Below are positions 9,352 through 19,079 of a DNA stretch of 64,000 nt, in pieces. Origin of the DNA: Sedimentisphaerales bacterium (GTDB taxonomy: Bacteria; Planctomycetota; Phycisphaerae; Sedimentisphaerales; UBA12454). The notes below the pieces were generated by a model that did not search any database, had not been told where the DNA came from, and saw only the letters and a list, made by a program, of their open reading frames with translations. The translations under genes and the position numbers were made by a program. Location: the NCBI GenBank assembly GCA_049518795.1, contig JBEKRK010000003.1, positions 99,854 to 163,853 on the forward strand, given 5' to 3'. How positions within the stretch are numbered: the first letter of the stretch is position 1; each line of letters opens with the position of its first letter.

Positions 9352-11064
9352 ATGGCAAAAAACCGGAGAAAATTAGGCGAAATACTCTATAAAAACGGCC
9401 TCGTCAGTAAAGAAGACATTATTGAGGCAATAAAGGAATCGCAAAAAACAAACAAAAGGCTTGGCCAGACGCTCATTGAGCACGGCAAAGTAACGGAAGA
9501 TGTTATAAGCAAAGCCATTGCCGACCAATTCGGTCTTGAGTATATTGACCTCGATAAACATAACATTCCGCAAAACATTTTAAATCTCGTCCCGCAGGAG
9601 ATTGTGCAGAAATACGGCGTTTTGCCTTTGAGTAAGGAAAACGGCAGATTAAAGCTTATTATCAGCGACCCCCTTGATTTGGATATGCTGGATACTCTGC
9701 GGTTTCGACTCAACAGCGAAATTGACTGCTGTATTGCAAGCCCCACAAAGATTCGCGCATTTATCGACCGCAGTGTTGATGAAGTGAGGAGCAGTATAGA
9801 CGCCACTGCCGCCGAGCTTGCTGCGGAAGGTCATACGATTGAAGCGGAAATTCGTAAGGCTGAAGCTGCCGGCGAAAGCGATGACGGCCCGATTATTCGG
9901 CTGGTAAATCTGATTATTGACGAGGCAGTTCATTTGAAGGCAAGCGATATCCATATTGAGCCGATGACCGACAGGGTAAGAGTCCGCTATCGTGTTGACG
10001 GTGTTTGTTCGCAGCGCGACAATATTCCCAAGAATATGCAGGCCTCGGTAACGGCTCGTCTGAAAATTCTTTCAGGTATGGATATATCTGAACGGCGTAT
10101 CCCGCAGGACGGCAGAATTCAGCGTGAAATCGACGGCAGAAAAATTGATTTTCGTGTTTCGGCTCTTCCCGGCTATCACGGCGAAAGCATCGTTCTTCGT
10201 ATTTTGGAGCCGGAGTCAATCAATATTGGTATTCAGGCGCTCGGTCTCGGCGACGATGATTATCAGAAATTTATGAAGATAATCAAGAGGCCGAACGGCA
10301 TATTTCTGGTAACAGGCCCAACAGGAAGCGGTAAAAGCACGACGCTTTATTCAGCTCTTAAAGAGCTTAACCGCCCGGACAAAAAGATTATTACGGCTGA
10401 AGACCCTGTCGAATACAACGTCGCGGGAATAAATCAATGTCAGGTTAAGGAGGATATAGAGTTTACATTTGCTAAAATACTGCGTTCTATGCTTCGTCAA
10501 GCTCCGAATGTGATTCTTGTCGGTGAAATTCGTGATGGTGAAGTTGCCGATATTGCAATACAGGCTGCGCTTACAGGCCATTTGGTTTTCAGCACTCTGC
10601 ACACAAATGACGCCACAAGCGCTATTACCCGTTTGATAGATATGGGCGTTAAACCGTTTTTGGTCGCCAGTTCGATACAAGCTATTATGGCTCAAAGACT
10701 TGTGCGAAAAATATGCCCGAACTGCAAGGTTATTGATGAGCATCCCGACCCGCATTATCTTCGGCTGTTGAATATTACGCCGGAGGATATAAAAATAAAT
10801 CCGGTGTATAAAGGCACCGGCTGCAGTAAATGCCGCAATATTGGCTACAAAGGTCGGCAGGGTATTTTTGAAGTACTTGAAATGAATAGTGAATTAAGAG
10901 AGCTTGCTTTTGCCAGGTCTTCGGCGTCAGAGCTTCGCAAGGCAGCTATTGCCAGCGGAATGAAGACATTACTTGAGGATGGCAGAGATAAGGTATTTAA
11001 AGGAATAACCACCCCGGCAGAGGTGGCGCAGCACTCTCAGGCGGAAGGTCTGGTTCTTTCATAA
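9352..11064 (+). CDS. GspE/PilB-type secretion/pilus assembly ATPase with canonical MshEN-type N-terminal domain
   Basis: Walker A is GPTGSGKSTT. The Asp/His boxes and the tetracysteine CPNC...CSKC are present. The N-terminus carries a tandem RLGxxLLxxGLLxxxxLxxxLxxQ-like motif (residues 7-59). Confidence 0.9.
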   Translation: MAKNRRKLGEILYKNGLVSKEDIIEAIKESQKTNKRLGQTLIEHGKVTEDVISKAIADQFGLEYIDLDKHNIPQNILNLVPQEIVQKYGVLPLSKENGRLKLIISDPLDLDMLDTLRFRLNSEIDCCIASPTKIRAFIDRSVDEVRSSIDATAAELAAEGHTIEAEIRKAEAAGESDDGPIIRLVNLIIDEAVHLKASDIHIEPMTDRVRVRYRVDGVCSQRDNIPKNMQASVTARLKILSGMDISERRIPQDGRIQREIDGRKIDFRVSALPGYHGESIVLRILEPESINIGIQALGLGDDDYQKFMKIIKRPNGIFLVTGPTGSGKSTTLYSALKELNRPDKKIITAEDPVEYNVAGINQCQVKEDIEFTFAKILRSMLRQAPNVILVGEIRDGEVADIAIQAALTGHLVFSTLHTNDATSAITRLIDMGVKPFLVASSIQAIMAQRLVRKICPNCKVIDEHPDPHYLRLLNITPEDIKINPVYKGTGCSKCRNIGYKGRQGIFEVLEMNSELRELAFARSSASELRKAAIASGMKTLLEDGRDKVFKGITTPAEVAQHSQAEGLVLS

Positions 11065-11089
11065 TTGTTTTTTTGATAGGGTTTAAAAA

Positions 11090-12226
11090 ATGGCTACGGT
11101 TCATATAGACAGGCTTCTTGAAGCCTGTATAAAGATGGGCGCTTCCGACCTTCATCTTACGGTTGGAAGACCGCCGACATTGAGAATACACGGCAGACTA
11201 AGGTCGCTCGAAACCAAAGTGCTTGAGCCTGACGATACAATCTCGCTTATGAAAAGTATCACGCCGGAGAAAAAACAGCAGGAATTGCAGGAAAGAGGCG
11301 GAACAGATTTTGGCTTTGCGTTCGGTGAACTGGCAAGGTTTAGAACTGCTGTTTTTAAACAAAAAGGCAATGTTACTCTCGTTTTGCGACTTATTCCCTA
11401 TCAATTGCTGACATTCGAAGAAATCGGTCTGCCGAAAATTTGTGCAGCTCTTTGCCGTATGCCGAGAGGGCTTTTTCTTGTAACCGGCCCAACCGGCAGC
11501 GGCAAAACAACGACACTTGCAAGTATGATTAACTATATAAATGAAAACCTCGACCGGCACATAGTTACTGTTGAAGAGCCGATTGAGTATTATCATCAAC
11601 ATAAAAAATCGATTATAAATCAGCGAGAGGTCGGCGTTGATGTGCCGACTTTCGCTGAGGCGCTGAAAAGGGTTCTGCGGCAGGACCCTGATGTGGTTCT
11701 GGTAGGCGAGATGCGAGACCTTGAAACAATGGATAACGCAATCAGGGCGGCAGAAACCGGACACCTTGTGTTCAGTACTGTTCATACCACCGGCTGTCAG
11801 GGCACGATTAACCGTATTATCGATGCTTTTCCGGTTGACCAGCAGGAACAGATTCGTGTCCAGATGAGCACTAATCTTATCGCGGTTTTAAGCCAGGCAC
11901 TCTGTCCATTGAAGGACGGCAAGGGCCGAGTGGCAGCTTATGAATTTATGGTCGTTACGCCTGCGATTGCAAACCTTATTCGTGAAAACAAGACCTTTAG
12001 GATTGAGTCAGCCATTCAAACAGGCAAGAAGCTTGGTATGCAGCTTTTGGATGACCATTTGTGGGAACTTTACGACGCTGAAAAAATCAGCCTTGAAGAA
12101 ATGATTGAAAAGGCCAGACAGCCAAATGCTCTGCTCGAAAAGGCAGAGAAAAAATCCGGCTATAGAACTGAAGAAATTCGTAAAGAACTTGACGATTTCG
12201 GTCCGGTTCTCGGCGCATCAAGTTAA
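11090..12226 (+). CDS. pilT: PilT-type pilus retraction ATPase
   Basis: ASDLHLTVGRPPTLRIHG, Walker A GPTGSGKTTT and AIANLIRENK match the PilT pattern. It lacks a GspE-type N-domain. Confidence 0.9.
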   Translation: MATVHIDRLLEACIKMGASDLHLTVGRPPTLRIHGRLRSLETKVLEPDDTISLMKSITPEKKQQELQERGGTDFGFAFGELARFRTAVFKQKGNVTLVLRLIPYQLLTFEEIGLPKICAALCRMPRGLFLVTGPTGSGKTTTLASMINYINENLDRHIVTVEEPIEYYHQHKKSIINQREVGVDVPTFAEALKRVLRQDPDVVLVGEMRDLETMDNAIRAAETGHLVFSTVHTTGCQGTINRIIDAFPVDQQEQIRVQMSTNLIAVLSQALCPLKDGKGRVAAYEFMVVTPAIANLIRENKTFRIESAIQTGKKLGMQLLDDHLWELYDAEKISLEEMIEKARQPNALLEKAEKKSGYRTEEIRKELDDFGPVLGASS

Positions 12227-12538
12227 AATTTTTATAAAAAGTCAAGGACATTATGTATTAAGCAGATATATTAAGTCTGCAAATATAAGCTTTGTTGTTA
12301 TCTTTTTTAAACCTGCGAAAATTTGGGGTTTATATTCAAAAGTTATATAATTAAGCTTCAGTATTATTGATTTTGAAGTATTTTTTATAGTGTAATAATA
12401 TACTCTAAATATATTATTTTTATCATAAACCAAATGTCATTTCCATAATTTTCTTGCTATTATGGTTTTATAGACATATACTAATAATGGATGAAGAAAT
12501 GAAATTGATTATTGTGTTCTTAGTTTTGGAGGTCTGAT

Positions 12539-14287
12539 ATGGCTAAAGACGTTCCAATAGAACAGTTGCGGAGCCGAACATTGGGTAGAATCCTTGTTAA
12601 AATGGGCATTTTAACAAGGGAAAAAGTCCACGAGTGTCTATCTGTAGCTAAGAAAAAAGAGGGCAAAATCTTACTCGGCCAAGTAATGCTTGAGCTTGGC
12701 GTAATCAATGACAAGCAGCTTCGCAAGGCATTGTCAGCTCAGCGGGGCATGGAGTTTGTGGAGCTGTCAGGTTCGGAATTGCCTCGCGAGGTCGTCGAAC
12801 TTATACCCGCTCAAATGGCCAATGCGTATCGTGTTGTGCCTTTGGAGTATGATAAGTCACAAAACAGTATGACCGTAGCGATTGACAGTCCGGATAATTT
12901 CAAAGCTACCGATGACTTGAGCACACTGATGGGCTTTAAAGTTATGGCAAAAGTTGCTTCACCTGCCGATATTGACGAGGTTCTCAAAAAATATTATTCG
13001 AAGGATGAGGAGAGTATTAATGACCTTATTGGTAAATTAGAGCAGGATGACTTTTTGACTGAATTCCAGGGCAGGGACCAGAGTATTGACCTCAGTGAGC
13101 TTAAAGAGCTTGCGGAATCGAACCCAGTCAAGAAACTTCTTAACCTTGTTCTTCTTCAGGCTATTAAGGACAAGGCTTCGGACATTCATTTTGAGCCGTT
13201 TGAGGATGAATTCAAGATGCGATACCGTATTGACGGTGTGCTTTATGAAATGGTTCCTCCTCCCAAGCATATTGCTGTGGCCTTAAGCTCCAGAATAAAG
13301 GTTATGGCTAATCTCGATATAGCGGAAAGACGGCTGCCGCAGGACGGCAGAATTCCGCTTACCGTAGCGGGCAATCCGATTGACCTTCGTGTCAGCATTC
13401 TGCCGACGATGTTCGGCGAAAGCGTAGTGCTTCGTGTTCTCGACAGGTCTCAGCTTGATTTGAAATTAGACAAGCTCGGAATGGATGCAGACGATTTGGA
13501 TATGATACACCAGTTGATAAAGAAGCCCAACGGAATATTGATTGTAACGGGGCCGACCGGCTGCGGCAAAACAACAACGCTGTATTCTGCTCTTAAAGAG
13601 CTTAATACAATCGACAGCAAGTTGATTACAACCGAAGACCCTGTCGAATACGATATTGACGGTATTATTCAGGTGCAGATGAAGCCGGACATTGGGCTTA
13701 CGTTTGCAAGCTGTTTGAGGTCTATTTTACGTCAGGACCCGGACATTATAATGGTCGGCGAAATTCGCGACCTTGAGACGGCACAAATTTCCGCACAGGC
13801 ATCTCTTACGGGACACCTTGTTTTTACGACACTTCACACTAACGATGCTCCCAGCGCAATAGCAAGACTTATGGACCTGGGGCTTGAACCGTTTTTGATT
13901 ACAGCGACTCTCGAAGGTATTATCGCGCAGCGGCTTGTTCGCGTGATTTGTAAAAACTGCAAGGAGGCTTATGAGCCGGCCGAAGAACAGCTGATGGAGC
14001 TTGATTTGACGCCGGAAATGATACACGGCAAGACACTTTATTATGGGCGGGGCTGCGACCGGTGCAACGGAACAGGCTACAGAGGCAGAATGGGAATATT
14101 CGAAATAATGATGTTTAATGATGAGATACGCGAAATGATAATGAACCATGCTTCTACGAATGTTTTGCGCAATGCCGCCAAAAAGGTAGGAATGAGAATG
14201 CTTCGCGAAAAAGGTCTGACGGCAATATATGACGGGCTGACAACTATTGAAGAAGTCGTCAAGGAAACGGTTATGGAAGAGCAGTAA
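12539..14287 (+). CDS. Second GspE/PilB-type ATPase (degenerate MshEN-like N-terminus)
   Basis: Walker A is GPTGCGKTTT and the tetracysteine is CKNC...CDRC. It is a paralog of the 9352 gene. A GGAGG RBS lies upstream. Confidence 0.9.
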   Translation: MAKDVPIEQLRSRTLGRILVKMGILTREKVHECLSVAKKKEGKILLGQVMLELGVINDKQLRKALSAQRGMEFVELSGSELPREVVELIPAQMANAYRVVPLEYDKSQNSMTVAIDSPDNFKATDDLSTLMGFKVMAKVASPADIDEVLKKYYSKDEESINDLIGKLEQDDFLTEFQGRDQSIDLSELKELAESNPVKKLLNLVLLQAIKDKASDIHFEPFEDEFKMRYRIDGVLYEMVPPPKHIAVALSSRIKVMANLDIAERRLPQDGRIPLTVAGNPIDLRVSILPTMFGESVVLRVLDRSQLDLKLDKLGMDADDLDMIHQLIKKPNGILIVTGPTGCGKTTTLYSALKELNTIDSKLITTEDPVEYDIDGIIQVQMKPDIGLTFASCLRSILRQDPDIIMVGEIRDLETAQISAQASLTGHLVFTTLHTNDAPSAIARLMDLGLEPFLITATLEGIIAQRLVRVICKNCKEAYEPAEEQLMELDLTPEMIHGKTLYYGRGCDRCNGTGYRGRMGIFEIMMFNDEIREMIMNHASTNVLRNAAKKVGMRMLREKGLTAIYDGLTTIEEVVKETVMEEQ

Positions 14288-14290
14288 AAG

Positions 14291-14452
14291 ATTGAACATT
14301 GAAAATTTAATATTGAAGATTTTGAATTGCGGTTTTGGTGTCGGTATCGGTAACGTCGCGTGTGTCGGTGTAAGTTTGGGTAACGTTACCGATAAACGAA
14401 AACGCCAACGAGACATTACCGTTACCTAAACCGATAAACGAAATACGAAATT
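14291..14452. repeat. Composite spacer: family D (AATATTGAA/AATTTAA words) followed by family E (GGTATCGGTAAC / ACCGATAAACGAAA words)
   Basis: It contains attgaacattgaaaatttaatattgaagattttgaatt, then ggtgtcggtatcggtaacgtcgcg..ggtaacgttaccgataaacgaaa..aaccgataaacgaaatacgaaa. Related E copies lie at 31081-31106, 32340-32367 and 37814-37855. Confidence 0.75.
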
Positions 14453-14467
14453 TTTAAAAGGTGATTT

Positions 14468-15715
14468 ATGCCGGTTTTTCAATATGAAGCTTTGGATTCG
14501 AAGGGCCAGGAAGTAAAAGGCCAGATTGAAGCGTTAAGCGGCGAAGAGGCGCTAAGCAAGATACGCAATATGGGATATTTCCCGACCAAGCCTCCCAAGC
14601 CGAAGGGCGGGGTTCGCGGCGAGAAAAAGGCAGAAGCTGCCAAGCCAAGGTCGCGGCGCGGCACAGGCGGCAGGGTAAAAATTAAGCAGCTTACGCAGTT
14701 CGCCCGGCAGCTTTCGACGCTTCAGGACGCAGGTCTGCCGATACTTCGTTCGCTCAGGATTCTCGAAGAGCAGCAGAAGCCCGGCACGTTTAAGCGTGTT
14801 ATTAAAGCTGTGGGCGACGATATCGAAGGCGGGGCGACCTTATCGGAGGCGCTCGGCAAATTTCCGCGTGCGTTCAATAGATTGTTTGTCAATATGGTTG
14901 CGGCAGGCGAAGTCGGCGGCGTGCTCGATGTGATTCTGGCAAGGCTTGCGGACTTTATGGAAAAGGCCGCACGGCTCAAAGCCAAAGTCAAAGGCGCTAT
15001 GGTGTATCCGGTTGTGGTTATGACTTTTGCGTTCGGTATGGTTTTGGTCTTGATGATAAAGGTTATTCCCAAGTTTACCGAGGTTTTGCGTGATATGACT
15101 GGCGGCGATCTGCCGGCGCTCACAAAAGGCATTATGGCTGTCAGTGACTGGATCGCGTTTCGATGGGGCTGGGCGATTATGATTGCGGTTCCAATCGCGT
15201 TTGTTTTTATATTGAAGTTTATAAAACAGTTCCCGCTCGGCAGGCTGATAGTCGATACCATTAATCTCAAAATGCCCATTGTCGGCAAACTTGTTTACAA
15301 AACGGCTGTGAGCCGCTGGACCAGAACTCTGGGAACTCTTATCAGCGCAGGCGTGCCGATACTTGAAGCTATAAACATAACTGCCGATACCGTCGGAAAT
15401 GAGGTTTATGCGAATATGCTCCGCAAGGTGCACGGCGCCATTCGGCAGGGCGATACGTTCGCGAACCCGCTCAAGCAATCCAAAACCACAGACAGCATGG
15501 TAGTTAATATGGTTGACGTCGGCGAGGAAACGGGCGATATGGACAAAATGCTTGTAAAAATAGCGAACAATTTTGATGAAGAGGTGGATGTTATGGTCGG
15601 CTCCCTGATGAGCCTGCTTGAGCCGGTGATGATTGTCTGTCTCGGTGCCGTCGTCGGAACGATTGTTTTGAGCATCTTTTTACCGATGATAAAAATTATT
15701 ACGTCATTGATGTAA
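14468..15715 (+). CDS. GspF/PilC-type inner-membrane platform protein
   Basis: MPVFQYEALDSKGQEVKGQIEA is the classic GspF/PilC N-terminus. The duplicated T2SSF domains have 3 TM helices. Confidence 0.9.
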   Translation: MPVFQYEALDSKGQEVKGQIEALSGEEALSKIRNMGYFPTKPPKPKGGVRGEKKAEAAKPRSRRGTGGRVKIKQLTQFARQLSTLQDAGLPILRSLRILEEQQKPGTFKRVIKAVGDDIEGGATLSEALGKFPRAFNRLFVNMVAAGEVGGVLDVILARLADFMEKAARLKAKVKGAMVYPVVVMTFAFGMVLVLMIKVIPKFTEVLRDMTGGDLPALTKGIMAVSDWIAFRWGWAIMIAVPIAFVFILKFIKQFPLGRLIVDTINLKMPIVGKLVYKTAVSRWTRTLGTLISAGVPILEAINITADTVGNEVYANMLRKVHGAIRQGDTFANPLKQSKTTDSMVVNMVDVGEETGDMDKMLVKIANNFDEEVDVMVGSLMSLLEPVMIVCLGAVVGTIVLSIFLPMIKIITSLM

Positions 15716-15751
15716 TTTAAAATTTAATATTGAAAATTTAAGATTTTTAAG
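15713..15751. repeat. Family D repeat beginning with the gspF stop codon
   Basis: taatttaaaatttaatattgaa is identical over 22 nt to 19911-19932. Other D copies lie at 14291-14328 and 32296-32335. Confidence 0.75.
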
Positions 15752-15835
15752 AATACCTCTTAATAAATATGAAAAATCTGTGGTAAATAAGTTTTTACCG
15801 GTGAATATAAAAAATAAATATAGGAGGAATTGATT

Positions 15836-16879
15836 ATGTTTAATGTATATCGAAAAATGTGGGCAGCGGCTGGCATTGTTCTTTGCCTGTTTAGCGCGGT
15901 TTTCGCCTATTCCGATGGAAACGGAACACCGGCCGACCCGTGTCAAATTAGGAATGTTTCCGATTGGCAGCATTTGATGAACACTCCAACAGACTGGAGT
16001 AAATATTTTATTATGACAGCAGACCTGAATCTTCAAGGCGTTACATTAACGCCTGTCGGCAATTCTACTACTACTTTTACCGGTGTCTTTGACGGCGATG
16101 GTTATGTCGTTTACAACGCGATTATAAATACACCCAGCAACACTTATGTCGGCTTGTTCGGCTGTGTCGGCAACGCCGGCCGGATTTCCTATTTAGGCGT
16201 AGAGGACGTTAATATAACCGCGCTTAGTTATGCCGGCGGTCTGGCAGGACGTAATTATGGCGGCATCGCTAAATGTTATGTTACCGGCACTGTTACCACA
16301 AGTGCTACTTATTCGGGCGGCATTGCGGGAAGGAATGATGGAAACATTATTGATTGTTATGCTACAGATTCTGTCAAAGGAAGCAGCGACGTCGGCGGCC
16401 TTGTCGGCAGCAATGGTTCATCTGTCAGCGATGTTAATACCAGCTATTCTACAGGCCTGGTAACCGGTAGCGGTTCGTATGTCGGAGGCCTTGTCGGATA
16501 TAATTACGGCGATGTTATTAATTCCTTCTGGGACGTCAACACTTCCGGCAAATCGACAAGCGCCGGCGGGACTGGAAAGACAACTGCCGAAATGCATGAT
16601 ATAAATACGTTTCTAAATGCCCATTGGGATTTTACGACGCCGATATGGAAAATAAGCAATGGAAATTATCCAAAATTAGATTGGCAGGGAATAACCGGCG
16701 ACTTTGTCAGTCCGGACGGCGTTGGCCCGGAAGACCTTGCCTTTTTTGTTCAGCGCTGGCTGGATACAAACTGCGCTGTAACTAACAATTGCAATGGAAC
16801 AGATTTAAATACAGACGGCACTGTGAACTTCCTTGACTTTGCGCTCTTTGCTAATAACTGGCTTGAAGGAAAAGACTAA
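15836..16879 (+). CDS. Secreted GLUG-motif repeat protein with C-terminal dockerin/EF-hand-like module
   Basis: It has a signal peptide and repeated G-G-L-(A/V)-G-x-N motifs (GGLAGRN, GGIAGRN, GGLVGSN, GGLVGYN). The C-terminus is DLNTDGTVNFLDFALFANNW. An AGGAGG RBS lies 8 nt before the ATG at 15836. Confidence 0.7.
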   Translation: MFNVYRKMWAAAGIVLCLFSAVFAYSDGNGTPADPCQIRNVSDWQHLMNTPTDWSKYFIMTADLNLQGVTLTPVGNSTTTFTGVFDGDGYVVYNAIINTPSNTYVGLFGCVGNAGRISYLGVEDVNITALSYAGGLAGRNYGGIAKCYVTGTVTTSATYSGGIAGRNDGNIIDCYATDSVKGSSDVGGLVGSNGSSVSDVNTSYSTGLVTGSGSYVGGLVGYNYGDVINSFWDVNTSGKSTSAGGTGKTTAEMHDINTFLNAHWDFTTPIWKISNGNYPKLDWQGITGDFVSPDGVGPEDLAFFVQRWLDTNCAVTNNCNGTDLNTDGTVNFLDFALFANNWLEGKD

Positions 16880-16952
16880 AAAATAAAAGAAATAATCGGT
16901 GAAATCCGTGAAATCAGTGGTTTAAAAATAGTTATTATTGAAAGGTCATAAG

Positions 16953-17957
16953 ATGAAAACGAAAAAAAGAAAATTTGGTTTTACAATCGTTGAGCTTCTG
17001 ACAGTAATGGCAATTATAGCACTTTTACTGACTATTCTCACGCCTGCCCTTCGAATGGTGCGCAGGATTGCCAAGGATACGGCTCAAAAAGCGCAGTTTC
17101 ACAGTATCGATGTTGCGCTGGAAACCTACTCCGGCGAAATGGAACAGTATCCCACTTCTACTGTTCAACCTTGGGATTCGATAAATAACGAATTGGGCAA
17201 TGCTCCTTATACCGTAGGCGCGCATCATTTGGCCGAAGCCCTTCTTGGCAGAGATATGCTCGGTTATGACCCGTGGTCAACCTGGGACTCAGAACAAGAT
17301 GACACAACAGGCCATTATCATGATATCTATGCCAGTAAAGATAAGGGTTCAGATGATACCCAGATTTCCAAAAGTCTTGACCGCAGAAAAGGCCCTTATT
17401 TAAGTCCGGATAGTGTTGAATCATATCAGATTGCTCAATTATATACCGATACTACTCCTGGAGTCGGTGATGTTTATCCCGGCAATCTTGACAAGACCGG
17501 AAACGTTGTTTCGGGGCATTCTCCTGCCCCTGTTCTTACAGATTCCTATCTGGTTAAGACAATATCCCTGCCGAACGGCAGGCAGGTAAAGGCCGGCTCG
17601 CCGATTCTTTATTACAAGGCAAATATTAATTCGAGGATTTTTGAGAACTCCAAAAATGGAACAACTGGATCTGCTCAAACTGTATCAGATGCGTGTTCTA
17701 TACAAGGTATCTACGACAGTTTTGATAATGAGGCATTGCTCAAGCTTGGCTCTGTAGCAGACCAGAGCAAAAGGCATCTTTTTGATAAGGATGAAGGCGG
17801 AGCATTAGTAGGACGAACCAAGTTTTATGATATGATAACGAATCCTACGATTACGACTCAGGTCCGGCCTTTCAACCAGACAAGCTACATTCTTATGTCG
17901 GCAGGTTACGACGGCATTTTCGGCACGCCGGACGATATTTATAACTTTAAGAACTAA
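16953..17957 (+). CDS. Prepilin-type pseudopilin, enlarged GspG-family paralog 1
   Basis: The leader and cleavage motif is KKRKFG|FTIVELLTVMAIIALL. The C-terminal GspG-like loop is SAGYDGIFGTPDDIYNF. I moved the start to the ATG at 16953. Confidence 0.8.
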   Translation: MKTKKRKFGFTIVELLTVMAIIALLLTILTPALRMVRRIAKDTAQKAQFHSIDVALETYSGEMEQYPTSTVQPWDSINNELGNAPYTVGAHHLAEALLGRDMLGYDPWSTWDSEQDDTTGHYHDIYASKDKGSDDTQISKSLDRRKGPYLSPDSVESYQIAQLYTDTTPGVGDVYPGNLDKTGNVVSGHSPAPVLTDSYLVKTISLPNGRQVKAGSPILYYKANINSRIFENSKNGTTGSAQTVSDACSIQGIYDSFDNEALLKLGSVADQSKRHLFDKDEGGALVGRTKFYDMITNPTITTQVRPFNQTSYILMSAGYDGIFGTPDDIYNFKN

Positions 17958-18065
17958 ACCGCGGATTACGCGGATTGCGCGGATTTAAAAAGATGTAAAG
18001 AAGTAAGGATGTAAGGAAATAAGGAACTATCTGCGTTAATCTGTGAAATCTGTGGCTGAAAATCG
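17958..18065. repeat. Spacer made of three consecutive stutter arrays (CGCGGATTN x3, GTAAGGAN x4, AATCTGTGN x3)
   Basis: It contains accgcggattacgcggattgcgcggattt, gatgtaaagaagtaaggatgtaaggaaataaggaac and ctgcgttaatctgtgaaatctgtggctgaaaatcg. Confidence 0.8.
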
Positions 18066-18077
18066 AAGGGTGAAAAT

Positions 18078-19070
18078 ATGAAGACCGAAACAAATAATAG
18101 CCGCAAAGACTCTGAATCGCTAAGAACAAGAAGTAATAATTTTAAAACTTCGTGTCTTGGTGTCTTAGTGGCTAAAAAGGGGTTCACTCTCGCCGAGCTT
18201 ATTACCGTAGTCGTGATAATCGCAATTCTGCTGGGGATTTTAATGCCGGCCCTGTCGCAGGTAAAAAAAATAGCGCTTGAAGCCAAACAAAAGGCCCAGA
18301 TTACCAGCATCGAAGTCGGCATAAATATGTATAGAAACGACTTCGGTGCATACCCGCCGTCTCACGGCACGCAGACGGCTACTGAGTCGGTTTACTACTA
18401 CTGCGGCGCCCAGACCCTTACAGAAGCTATGTTCGGCTGGGATTTGCTGGGTGTTCACCAGAACTCAATCTTCAGGGCGGATGGACAAGACAACTCAGGC
18501 AATAATCTTTATCCTCCAGGCCCTAATTCGACAGAACTCAATGCCAGAAAAGAGCCTTATCTTGACAGGACGAATATCGGCGTTTTTACGCCTCGCCAGA
18601 TTTTTAATCAAACCTCTTTTCCAGCTTTTCCCGGCGGTTTGGATGCGGACAGGTATGTTATTTGTGATGTTTTTTCTGCTGCAAGCAGAGAAATCAACGG
18701 AAAATCTTATAAGGTCGGCACACCCGTCCTCTATTTTCAGGCAAACCTTGCTCCTGTAAATACACAAGGGCTTATAATTGCTTCTGCACCGCCTGATAAT
18801 AAGAACAATATTTATAACTATATGGATAATAATTTTCTTATAGAACTGGGAAAAATGACTAACACAACAACAGCTCATCCGCTTTATACGCCTCCCCCTT
18901 ATACAGGTGAACCATTTTATAAATATATTGTTGACCCAATGATTCCTGCAGCGTCCGGAACTGTCGGAATGCCTGTTCGAAAAGATACGTTTCTTTTGAT
19001 TTCAGCGGGCTTCGATGGCCTATACGGCACAAAAGATGATATATGTAATTTTAATCCGAATGTACAGTAA
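18078..19070 (+). CDS. Prepilin-type pseudopilin, enlarged GspG-family paralog 2
   Basis: It has VAKKG|FTLAELITVVVIIAILL and SAGFDGLYGTKDDICNF. The likely true start is GTG 18168 inside a repeat element, giving the short leader MAKKG. ATG 18078 would give an atypical 35-aa leader. Confidence 0.75.
   Translation: MKTETNNSRKDSESLRTRSNNFKTSCLGVLVAKKGFTLAELITVVVIIAILLGILMPALSQVKKIALEAKQKAQITSIEVGINMYRNDFGAYPPSHGTQTATESVYYYCGAQTLTEAMFGWDLLGVHQNSIFRADGQDNSGNNLYPPGPNSTELNARKEPYLDRTNIGVFTPRQIFNQTSFPAFPGGLDADRYVICDVFSAASREINGKSYKVGTPVLYFQANLAPVNTQGLIIASAPPDNKNNIYNYMDNNFLIELGKMTNTTTAHPLYTPPPYTGEPFYKYIVDPMIPAASGTVGMPVRKDTFLLISAGFDGLYGTKDDICNFNPNVQ
18148..18175. repeat. Family A right-arm half copy overlapping the 5' end of a pseudopilin gene
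   Basis: The sequence is cttcgtgtcttggtgtcttagtggctaa. GTG at 18168 is in frame with the prepilin motif. Confidence 0.8.
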
Positions 19071-19079
19071 AAAGTAAAT

